Source: Planctomycetota bacterium (lineage in GTDB: Bacteria > Planctomycetota > GCA-002687715 > DRQF01). Taken from it: a stretch of DNA of 41,837 nucleotides. The position numbers and the translations under genes are program-made. The stretch spans positions 1 to 41,837 of the forward strand of contig JAZGFI010000030.1 in NCBI GenBank assembly GCA_036479435.1. Reading direction: 5' to 3'. Below the pieces are notes generated by a model. That model was not told the origin of the DNA. It saw nothing but the letters and a program-made list of their open reading frames with translations, and did no database searches. This document shows, in pieces, positions 29,620-38,096 of this stretch. How positions within the stretch are numbered: position 1 is the first letter of the stretch; every line of letters begins with the position of its first letter.

Positions 29620-30165
29620 GCGGGCTAAGGTAGGGTTCACCCCGAGAGTGGGATTGCAAGACTCTCCCGACCACCGCCATAGATCGGCGCGCCACGGCGC
29701 ATCGATCGGTCAGGCACGGTGGTTTGCCTTGCGGTCCACTGATCCAACGGAAGCTAGACGAGATTCCGTGATCAGGTCCAGTTGTTTGAACTCTGAACGT
29801 TGCCAGCTTCAGCGAAACTGAAGTGGAAGCTCTACGCTCGCGAAGCGTAAGACTCAAGGTGACCGTGACGTGTTGACGGTTGGCCTGGTGCCCCCAGGAT
29901 CGAAGGAGCCCAGATGACGAGCGCAGCCAAAAACAAGGTCTCTCGAAACCGCAGGCGGTTAGATGGACTTAAACTTCTCCATGAATCCCTGTGCGGTGCA
30001 GACCCCGTCGATGAAACCGACTTTTGGGGGTGGATAGGTTCACACAGTGCGAACAAAGGCAATCAGATCAGTCGGCAGCGCGAACTGAGCACGCTGCAAA
30101 CTTTATCTGATGGGTCCACGAGACGCTGCCAGGCATAGAAGACGCGAAGCTGCTTTACAGCCCGC
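29620..30165 (+). ncRNA. Candidate large structured non-coding RNA (~546 nt), family not recognised
   Basis: 5'/3' closing helix (29620-29633 with 30150-30165, including G-U pairs) enclosing about ten consecutive stem-loops; no long ORF. Confidence 0.55.
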
Positions 30166-31826
30166 TAAGGCTGAGTTTTGCGAGGACCGACTCTCATCGT
30201 CGGCGAATTCTGCGAGATATTCGGAATTGCGACTCGGCTTGTTTGCCCGCCGCCCCGCTCCTTCATCTGATTCACGATTTCCATAGCGTTTTGATGCCAC
30301 CACATCGACGCTTCTTGATCGCCCCACTTTCTCGCATCCACACAGCGAGATAGGGCCCGCGAAAACTCGGCCGCCGTCGCCGGCCTCTCCGCTGGGTCCT
30401 TTGCGAGCGCCAAAAGCAAAACCTTTTCCAAATCAGTCGGTACGGAGCATCCCAATCTCAGTGATGGTGCCTCGGGCGCTTCTTCAACTTGCTGCCGCAA
30501 AAGCTCGGCCACCGTTTTTGCCTGGAAGACGTGAGAACCTGTCAACAAGTAGTAGCCAACCGCTCCCAGGGCATAAAGATCGCTGCGAGCATCGGCCGAC
30601 GACGGGTTCTCAATCGCCTCCGGCGACAAATAGCGCGGCGTGCCGATGAGCGATTCGCTTTCCCCAGGAACATGGGCGGGATCGTCGACCGGCGGCTTTA
30701 CCAATCCAAAATCCAAGACTTTGGCGAAGTCGTAAATCCCACCCCTTGAACAAAGGATGATGTTCGCAGGTTTGATGTCTCGATGCACGAGGCCTCGATC
30801 GTGCGCTTCTTGGAGTGAGCCCAGTACCTGCGTCAAGATGTGAATGACTCTTGCGGGGTGTTGCGCCCCGTGTTTCGCGACCAGTTGTTGCAAATCAAAG
30901 CCCGCAAGGTATTCCATCGCGTAGTAAAAGACGCCGTCATCGGTGCTGCCGTAGTCAAAGATGCCGATCGTATTCGGATGGGTGAGCTCACTAGTGATCT
31001 GCACTTCGCGTTCAAAGCGTTTGAAGTCATCGTAGGCGAACTTGCCCGTCGCCAAGATCTTGATCGCCGTGGGGCGACGAAGCAGCGCATGTGATGCGCG
31101 ATAGACGGCTCCCATACCCCCTTCGCCGATCTTTTCTTCCAGTCGATATTGGCCGAGCTGCTGCGCTTCTTTGACCTCGCGGCGCAAACCATAGACCACA
31201 CGCACCGCAAACACCGACAGGACGACCGTGATCAACGACCAACTCAAAAACACGGCCACCTTGAGTGCCGGGCCGACCGCGCTTGCGCCTTCCGCGACGC
31301 CGAACTCCATGACCGCCGGCACGAAACCCGGAAGCACCGAGGCCGAGGCCAAGAGCAAGGCAACTCGCGGCGAACCCGGCACCAAAAACGCGCGCAACAC
31401 CAACATGTTCGAAACCGCGAGGAGCCCGTGGTATTCCTGGGCGGGAATGAAATGCTCTGCCCATCCATAGGCCGCACAAATTGATGCGAGAACGAAAGTC
31501 CCCCCGACGTCGAGGTAGCGTAAAACACTGGCTTGCAGACGCCACTTGCTCAAGACCAAGATCAAGGCCACATTCACCAAGACCTGCAGCAGATTCAGCG
31601 CGTTGCACGCGCCGAAGAACCAATCCCCAAAAGGGCCGGGCTCCTTCCACATTCGCGCGACCGTGATCAATGTGAAGAACAACAAGCCCAGCCCCAGCAC
31701 CACCATGTTGAAGGTGCGAACACGGGCCGCGAGAAAGTCTCTACCCTCGCTGGACGGAGCCGACCTGGACATCGTGCGCTGCGCGGCAAAGTTCAGCTCT
31801 GGGGATCGATTTCTCGGCTCGGACAT
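30165..31826 (-). CDS. Membrane-bound Hanks-type Ser/Thr protein kinase
   Basis: About 6 N-terminal TMs; IGEGGMGAVY, AIK, HRDIKPAN, DFGL, GTPRYLSPE, DLYALG. Confidence 0.96.
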   Translation of the reverse strand: MSEPRNRSPELNFAAQRTMSRSAPSSEGRDFLAARVRTFNMVVLGLGLLFFTLITVARMWKEPGPFGDWFFGACNALNLLQVLVNVALILVLSKWRLQASVLRYLDVGGTFVLASICAAYGWAEHFIPAQEYHGLLAVSNMLVLRAFLVPGSPRVALLLASASVLPGFVPAVMEFGVAEGASAVGPALKVAVFLSWSLITVVLSVFAVRVVYGLRREVKEAQQLGQYRLEEKIGEGGMGAVYRASHALLRRPTAIKILATGKFAYDDFKRFEREVQITSELTHPNTIGIFDYGSTDDGVFYYAMEYLAGFDLQQLVAKHGAQHPARVIHILTQVLGSLQEAHDRGLVHRDIKPANIILCSRGGIYDFAKVLDFGLVKPPVDDPAHVPGESESLIGTPRYLSPEAIENPSSADARSDLYALGAVGYYLLTGSHVFQAKTVAELLRQQVEEAPEAPSLRLGCSVPTDLEKVLLLALAKDPAERPATAAEFSRALSRCVDARKWGDQEASMWWHQNAMEIVNQMKERGGGQTSRVAIPNISQNSPTMRVGPRKTQP

Positions 31827-31849
31827 TAAGGCACAGTATACCCGCCGGT

Positions 31850-33952
31850 TTAGGGCAGAGATACTGGCCTTGATACCCTAATGGCAAGATCGTGGCGAAG
31901 GGTCGCTTCCTGACCGCTCAGCCCTTCGAGGCGATAAAGGAGCAAAACTATCGACGATTGCTTCAGCGGTTCTTCCCAGCGGGAAGAAATGTAGGCTTTC
32001 GCCCGCGCTGCTCCCGGGAGGATTCCCCGCAGGCCCAGAACACGGTCTTCGGGCTGATCGCCGATCGCGAAACTCTCAAAGACCAGGGGATCGCCACTCT
32101 CGAAGGGCAGGCTCAAAGCGCCGTAGGCAAGGCCAGCTGACGTTGCAGATTGGACATCATCAGTATCAAGGCTCTGGCCAAAGATCAGGCGATAGCCGTA
32201 ACCAAGATAACCAGGCGCGCTGATCTCGAACTCGTAGTGCCAGCCGGCCAGCGGCTTGTCGCCGACAATCTTGGCATTACGCAGTTCACCGGGTTTTTTG
32301 CTGACTCGAATCTCGAGTGCCGGTGGCAACAACTCAATCACTTCGAGGTCACGGGCGCAGGGTATGGCGTCGCGGTCAAAGCTGGTCCAAGTGGCATCGA
32401 CAAAGTTACGAAGCCCGCTGCGATCGAGGCGTTTCAGAGTGCGCTCTCGCCAGCCCGATCTCCGCAGGTCTAGGCGAAAACGGTCGAGGCCACTCTCGTT
32501 GATGACAATGATGCTCGCCTTTTGAGCCCGAGCGAAATCCATCGCGCGGCGTGCAAAATGCCAACTCCCGGGACCCCGTGCCCCCTTGGTTTCTCCTCCA
32601 GCTCGCACCGGAATGATCGTGCGCTGGCCCGGCTCAAGATCGAGCCAGGGCCGGGCAATCTGGGCCAAGAACAGGCTCGACTCGGGAGCGACCTTCAGTG
32701 CCGCCTCGACGCCCGCTCTCACAAAAGGCCGCCTCAGTCGCAACTCCTGCAGAGTGGGCAGCAGTAGCGACAAGTTGAGGACGACATTCAAGACAATGAT
32801 TCCGCGCACGAGCGTTCGCCCCGTGCGAGCCTCAAGCCAGGGCCCCATCCAGGCCAAGGGAAGCAAAAAAAACGCGATCACCGGAAGCTGATAGCGAAAC
32901 TCGCTTGGGGTACGATTGAGGAGGACCAGGGCCGCATGGGGCAGCAACAGGGCGGCGATGCCCCAAACGAAGAGCTCTTGCGATACGAGCCTGCGAGGTT
33001 CACCGGCGCGGCGACGTCTAAGGCTATCTGGCACCCACGTCGAGAAGGCCGCGACATAGGCCAAAAGGCTGAAAGTCAGCAAGGCCAGAACACCGTTAAT
33101 GGGCCCAAGCCCGCGCCCCCAAGCGCTGCCCCAAGCGCCGAAACTCCGAGCGAGCTCAACGCGTCGATCGCCACTCCAAGCGTTGTCGCCACTTTGTTGC
33201 GACATCACTTCAACCGTCTGATCGAAGCCATGACTCGAAACGAGAACCAAAAGCAAAAGGATCCAGGGGAGGACCAAGGCCATCGCAAACACGAATCGTG
33301 ACTGCAAACGATGAAGCGATGCCCCACCGCGGCGCGTGCCGCGAAACAACAAAACCATCGTTAGTGGCACGAAGGCCAAGTTGCTCACGCGAAAAGTAAG
33401 GGCCACGCCGGCAATCAATCCGGCAACCATGGCGCCGCGCACCAAGCCGCGCCGCTGTGGCGTTAGGGCCAGCGCTCTCAACCCGGCGATGATCATCAAG
33501 CCGCTACCGGACACGTCTGACATCGCGTCTTGTGCGGCCCAAGCCCAGCCCGGGATCGTTGCGATTGCCAAGGCGGGCCAGGCCGCAAGCCATGGATCCC
33601 GTCGCGGCATAAGACGCCGCCAGGTGCGGTAGATCTCAAAGCTGACCCAAGCCCAGATCAAGATGTTCAGCAAACTGATCGAAGACGATGAATCGTCCGA
33701 ACCGCCGAAGCTCCGTTGTAAGGCATGCAGCGACCAGCACGCCAAGTAATGCCCCGGGTGGTACCACTCGATGGGCGCCAGTGGCAGCGCTCCGTTCTGA
33801 TCGAGGGACTGAATCATCTTGCGGTAGTGTGGAATGTCGGCGTTGCTTGAGCCTTCATTTCGAAAGCCAAGCCCTATCGCCAAGGGCATGGCGAAGACTA
33901 AGACTCCGAGCCAACCCAAGCGGCCAGCAATAGACCCCCGCGGCCCGCTCAA
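31850..33952 (-). CDS. Polytopic membrane protein, possibly a GT-C-fold glycosyltransferase
   Basis: Many TMs; D..HY, HPGH, AMSD, RYQLP resemble ArnT/PMT-like proteins. TTG start overlaps the upstream stop. Confidence 0.55.
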   Translation of the reverse strand: MSGPRGSIAGRLGWLGVLVFAMPLAIGLGFRNEGSSNADIPHYRKMIQSLDQNGALPLAPIEWYHPGHYLACWSLHALQRSFGGSDDSSSSISLLNILIWAWVSFEIYRTWRRLMPRRDPWLAAWPALAIATIPGWAWAAQDAMSDVSGSGLMIIAGLRALALTPQRRGLVRGAMVAGLIAGVALTFRVSNLAFVPLTMVLLFRGTRRGGASLHRLQSRFVFAMALVLPWILLLLVLVSSHGFDQTVEVMSQQSGDNAWSGDRRVELARSFGAWGSAWGRGLGPINGVLALLTFSLLAYVAAFSTWVPDSLRRRRAGEPRRLVSQELFVWGIAALLLPHAALVLLNRTPSEFRYQLPVIAFFLLPLAWMGPWLEARTGRTLVRGIIVLNVVLNLSLLLPTLQELRLRRPFVRAGVEAALKVAPESSLFLAQIARPWLDLEPGQRTIIPVRAGGETKGARGPGSWHFARRAMDFARAQKASIIVINESGLDRFRLDLRRSGWRERTLKRLDRSGLRNFVDATWTSFDRDAIPCARDLEVIELLPPALEIRVSKKPGELRNAKIVGDKPLAGWHYEFEISAPGYLGYGYRLIFGQSLDTDDVQSATSAGLAYGALSLPFESGDPLVFESFAIGDQPEDRVLGLRGILPGAARAKAYISSRWEEPLKQSSIVLLLYRLEGLSGQEATLRHDLAIRVSRPVSLP

Positions 33953-36489
33953 GGTCTCTTGGGAACCCGCGTAGCCACGGATGCCTTATCCAGTTCGTGT
34001 TTCAGTTTCTTGTCGCTAACTCGTTTGCGCCAAAACTGGACAGTGCCGTGCAGGTCGGGAGATGTAGAGGCCGCCGCCATTCGGGCCGCCAAGCGTTGCA
34101 CCCAAGGCAAGGCATGGTTGAGACCCTTCTCTAAGGTTTTGGGATCAGCAGCTCGGCCAAACTGACCATCGTAGGCCATTCGAGCGAGATCCAAGATGAG
34201 AACCCAAGCTCTAAGCTCGGGCGTTTTCGAGTCGAGCAAGCGGCGATCATCGAGCCGTCGAAAACCCTCGGCGACGGCAGCGAGCACAATCGCGTCGTCG
34301 CACTCATTCCATAGGCGCATCATTCGGTCCCGGTCTCCGGGAAGCTCTTTGCCTTCCACGACCCTCAAAGTCGCGATGGTGTCTTGCACCTCCTGGTCTG
34401 GATAGTCCTTGAACTTCTCCATCACCTCGTCGAGAGGCAAGTAGCGCTTCGAAAGAGCAAACGCTGCGAACAAGCGCGAGGTGGCCGTGTGCTCCATGGA
34501 CTTCTTGCCCATGACGACGGCTATCGCAGCGCGCCGCTGGCCGTCGAAATCCAGCAACATCTGGCTGAGGTCTGCCATCAAATCGGCGGCTGGCTCCTGA
34601 CGGCGGCGGCGATCCCGTAAAGATAGCGCCCTGGCCCACATCTTGCGGGCAAGCAGCGGCTTTTTGGTGGCGAGATTACGAAGCTCCCCGGGGTCGTCTT
34701 TAAGATCGTAAAGGTAGAGCCGCTGCCGCCGCTCGTCGATGGTGAAGGAGTGCGTCGCCGAAATCACCGCAGTGCGCGCGGGCAAGGTGCGGGCCTGTTC
34801 GAAGGACGGCGTTTCGATGACAACTTCAGCGGATCGCCCGGGGTCCTTCATCCCAAAGGCCAAGGGCAGCCAACTGCGTCCCTGATAGTCAAGACGATGA
34901 CTTGCGTCGAGTCCAAAGACCTGGTCGAGGGTTGGGGCCAAGTCGATCAAGGATACGAGGTCTTGAACCCGACGTGGTTCCACGCGACCTCCGAGCAAGT
35001 ACAAAGGCACATGAGTGCTTTCACGGTAAAGGTTATGCCCGTGCCGCGAACGACCGTGCTCGTAAAACTCTTCACCGTGATCAGCGCTCACGATCAAGAG
35101 CGTATCGTCCCACCAACCGTCCCTTTTTAGCCCGGCAACCAGTTTGCCGAGCATGAAATCGGCTTGCCTCACCTCAGCCGCATAAAGCTCGAAGTCCGAA
35201 TCGCCCGCGCGAAACTCGGCCGGAGGCTCGTAGGGAGCGTGCGGGTAGAAGACATGAAGGTAGGCAAACCAGCGTTCATCACGGACCTTCCGTTTCACCC
35301 AGTCAAAGCAAAGGTCCATGGGTAAATCGAGACCCGGCGCGTGCGCGAGGTGCTCGAATCCAAGACTCCTGTCTTTCAGGGCCTTCACGGGTCCGCGCAG
35401 GGCGAGCGAACTGGTGGAAGAAAGCGTGATGATCGACTCCTTGCACAATCGGTGGCAGATGAACGGGTTTCTCGTTTCGTCTTCAAGACGCTCGACGGCC
35501 CGCCCTGGATAGAGTCCACTGAAAATTGAAATCAAAGCGAGCTGCGAGTACGGCGCGGGGGTGTAGGCGTTCTCAAATACGACGGCCTCGGCGGCCAGAG
35601 CGTCGAGAACGGGGGTCACCTTTTTTCCCGCGACCGTCCGTCCCAGCATGTCGGCGCGGAGGGCGTCGATGACCAAAAAGAGGACTCTTTTGATCGGTCC
35701 GCGCTTTCCCACGAAACGAGCTCGACTCTCTTGATCAAGACGGCTGCCAAAAAAGGCGACAAAGTCACCATCGTCTTCAGGCACTGGGGGCGGCTTCTCC
35801 GGAGCTCTCCCCAGATCGAACCACAAGCTCACCGGAGCGAGGGCCGTCGTTGAGACCTCGGCCCAATCGCGGATATCTTGGCTGCGCATCTTCATGCCGC
35901 CGAAACCGGCGAGGATTGCCGCGACGCAAAGCATCGCGACCAAGGTGCGCCGCGAAAACGCTGGCACGAAGAACCTCAAGCCGGAAAATAACGCTAAGGC
36001 CGATAATCCCACAGCTACCGCGCGGAGCTCATCGTAAAGCCCGCGAAAAGCCAAGGCCGCGAAGGCGTAGCCAACGGCACCCAGCAAAACGGCCAACCAA
36101 GGGAAGCGCCGTAAAAGTCGTGAGCGCCAAATCCACACCATCAGCAAGACGGCAAAGATGGCCGCGAGCCAATTCCACATCGTCGCTAAGGGAAGGGTTT
36201 GGGCTTTGCCCCCGCGGGCGGCGACCTCACCGCCCGCAAAAGCCAAAACTGGCCACAGCAACCAAGGCAGCAACCGGCGAACCAGCGGTGCCGAGGTCAA
36301 ACAAGCGGCAAAAAGGCCCAAGGCGGGAAGCAAGGCAAAACTGAGGAAGCGGCCACCCAAGGCGGGCTCGAAGCCCTCAGGGGCTAGGCTCGACTCCAAC
36401 AGGCCATCGCCCAGGGCAAGAGCCAAACCAGTCGCCAGCCCGGCAATGATCCATCGAGGTCCAGCGCGCTCAATTTCGGCCTCGGCCAC
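33949..36489 (-). CDS. Polytopic membrane sulfatase-like hydrolase/transferase
   Basis: N-terminal TMs; LVIDALRAD, AYTPAPYSQLALISIFSGLYP, H...PHAPY, SADHGEEF.EHG...HG..LY, LYDLKDDPGE. Confidence 0.87.
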   Translation of the reverse strand: MAEAEIERAGPRWIIAGLATGLALALGDGLLESSLAPEGFEPALGGRFLSFALLPALGLFAACLTSAPLVRRLLPWLLWPVLAFAGGEVAARGGKAQTLPLATMWNWLAAIFAVLLMVWIWRSRLLRRFPWLAVLLGAVGYAFAALAFRGLYDELRAVAVGLSALALFSGLRFFVPAFSRRTLVAMLCVAAILAGFGGMKMRSQDIRDWAEVSTTALAPVSLWFDLGRAPEKPPPVPEDDGDFVAFFGSRLDQESRARFVGKRGPIKRVLFLVIDALRADMLGRTVAGKKVTPVLDALAAEAVVFENAYTPAPYSQLALISIFSGLYPGRAVERLEDETRNPFICHRLCKESIITLSSTSSLALRGPVKALKDRSLGFEHLAHAPGLDLPMDLCFDWVKRKVRDERWFAYLHVFYPHAPYEPPAEFRAGDSDFELYAAEVRQADFMLGKLVAGLKRDGWWDDTLLIVSADHGEEFYEHGRSRHGHNLYRESTHVPLYLLGGRVEPRRVQDLVSLIDLAPTLDQVFGLDASHRLDYQGRSWLPLAFGMKDPGRSAEVVIETPSFEQARTLPARTAVISATHSFTIDERRQRLYLYDLKDDPGELRNLATKKPLLARKMWARALSLRDRRRRQEPAADLMADLSQMLLDFDGQRRAAIAVVMGKKSMEHTATSRLFAAFALSKRYLPLDEVMEKFKDYPDQEVQDTIATLRVVEGKELPGDRDRMMRLWNECDDAIVLAAVAEGFRRLDDRRLLDSKTPELRAWVLILDLARMAYDGQFGRAADPKTLEKGLNHALPWVQRLAARMAAASTSPDLHGTVQFWRKRVSDKKLKHELDKASVATRVPKRP

Positions 36490-36521
36490 CTTAGTGCTCC
36501 AGCAACGGATACTTCAGGCGG

Positions 36522-36530
36522 AGTATAGCA
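36522..36530 (-). promoter_or_regulatory. Extended -10 promoter candidate
   Basis: Minus strand TGC-TATACT in the intergenic gap upstream of the gene starting at 36489. Confidence 0.4.
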
Positions 36531-36565
36531 AGCAGGCCCGCCTCATAGACGGGTGTGCAACTCAC

Positions 36566-38062
36566 TCAATTCAAACTGGGGATGCTCAGCATGAAAGCCT
36601 TGTAGTCCCGATTGAACTTCTCAAGTGAGGGCTTGTGGATGTACATCATGTGACCCGACTCGTAGTAGGTCGTGTGGATGTTGGGCCTAAGCTTGGGGTC
36701 GAGCATCATGTGCGAGACGGTGTACTCCATCGCAAAGTAGGGCGTCGCGAGGTCGTAGTAGCCAGAGCAGACCCAAACCTTGAGGTGGGGATTCTTCGTC
36801 ATGGCTTTGCGCAGCGTCTCCGCCACGTTCAAGTAGCGGTTTTTGTAGTTGCCGTAGTTCCAGGGCAAACCGCCGAGGATACGATAGCGGCGGTCGTTTT
36901 CGTAGCCGAGGTTTGCTCTTAAGTAGTGATTGAGTGCCGCCGTGTAGGGACCAGTGATGGCGGCCAAGCTGGGATCATAGCTGGGCCGCGTTCCGGTTTG
37001 AGTTCGGTCAAGGCCGGTAAAACGGCTGTCGAGACGCCCCACCGTGACGCCTTCATCGCGGCGCAGTTCTTTGGTGAAAGCAGAGATCGTAACGCGCAAT
37101 TTTGAGGCCTTGATGAACTCAGGTGACAAGCCCGTGTAGCGCGCGAGTTTACCGACCACAGAGTTGCGTTCTTTTTCGCTTAGCGCATCGCCCTTGGCCA
37201 ACGCCGTCCAGTATTCGCCGAGAGCAAAGGCCTCGGATTCCTTGAGGGTCGTAGCCAGATCTTGTTGGAGGTCTTTGCCCAGGCACTTGTGGTACCAAGC
37301 CGTCGCGGTGTAGGTCGGCAAGAACAAGGGATAGGGCAAGTCGTTGCCGGTGTCAAAGCGCGCGGTTTGAAATTGGAGAATGGGCGAAATCAAAGCGATC
37401 CCATTTAGATACATGTCGCAAGTTTCTTGCAGGTAACCCGAAAGCCCCGCGGCCCGCGTGGTGCCGTAGCTTTCTCCGGCCAAAAACTTCGGTGAGTTCC
37501 AACGCCGGTTCTTTGTCACCCACAATTCGATGAAATCACCAACCGACGAGATGTCTTCGTCGACGCCGTAGAATTCCTTGCCCTTCACGCCGGGAGCGGG
37601 GCGGGAATAGCCCGTGCCGACGGGATCGATGAACACCAAGTCCGTTTGTTGAAGCCAAGTGTGCTCGTTATCGACAAACTTCCCGGGTGGCGGCAACGCC
37701 TCGCCCTTGTCCGTCATCACCACGCGCTTGGGCCCGATAACACCTAAGTGCAGCCACACGGACGAGGAGCCGGGGCCGCCATTGAACACAAAAGTGACGG
37801 GGCGGGGCTTCGACTTCGTTCCGAACTTGACCTTGCGGATGTACGCGATGTGAAAGACATCGGCACGGTGCTTGCCCTTGTCGTCTTTCAAGGCCATGGT
37901 GCCGGCCGTCACCTCGTAGTCGATGGCACGGTCGCCGATCATGACCTGGGCCTGGCTGACTTTCAGATCATCTTTTGGTTGTTTCTTTTCTTGCGCAGAC
38001 AGCAACGGGGCGCAGAGAAGAACCGCGATCAGGCCCTTGAGGATTTGCGTTGCGTACGGCAT
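36566..38062 (-). CDS. Peptidase S10 family serine carboxypeptidase, exported
   Basis: Signal peptide; FNGGPGSSS, FIDPVGTGYS, nucleophile GESYG, GYYDLATP, GHMMY. Confidence 0.96.
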   Translation of the reverse strand: MPYATQILKGLIAVLLCAPLLSAQEKKQPKDDLKVSQAQVMIGDRAIDYEVTAGTMALKDDKGKHRADVFHIAYIRKVKFGTKSKPRPVTFVFNGGPGSSSVWLHLGVIGPKRVVMTDKGEALPPPGKFVDNEHTWLQQTDLVFIDPVGTGYSRPAPGVKGKEFYGVDEDISSVGDFIELWVTKNRRWNSPKFLAGESYGTTRAAGLSGYLQETCDMYLNGIALISPILQFQTARFDTGNDLPYPLFLPTYTATAWYHKCLGKDLQQDLATTLKESEAFALGEYWTALAKGDALSEKERNSVVGKLARYTGLSPEFIKASKLRVTISAFTKELRRDEGVTVGRLDSRFTGLDRTQTGTRPSYDPSLAAITGPYTAALNHYLRANLGYENDRRYRILGGLPWNYGNYKNRYLNVAETLRKAMTKNPHLKVWVCSGYYDLATPYFAMEYTVSHMMLDPKLRPNIHTTYYESGHMMYIHKPSLEKFNRDYKAFMLSIPSLN

Positions 38063-38096
38063 GCCTTCGCTCCAAGAAAAAGTCGGATTCGGGGAA

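Noticed and set aside
29507..29857. 116-aa minus-strand ORF and other short ORFs in 29500-30330
   Set aside because: No motifs or convincing initiation signals; the region is better explained by RNA structure.
29520..30165. RNase P RNA, tmRNA or group I/II intron identity
   Set aside because: No GAGGAAAGUCC, no tRNA-like ends with a T-loop and CCA, and no proper domain V. A minus-strand GTTCAGAGA resembles group I element R but has no matching S partner.
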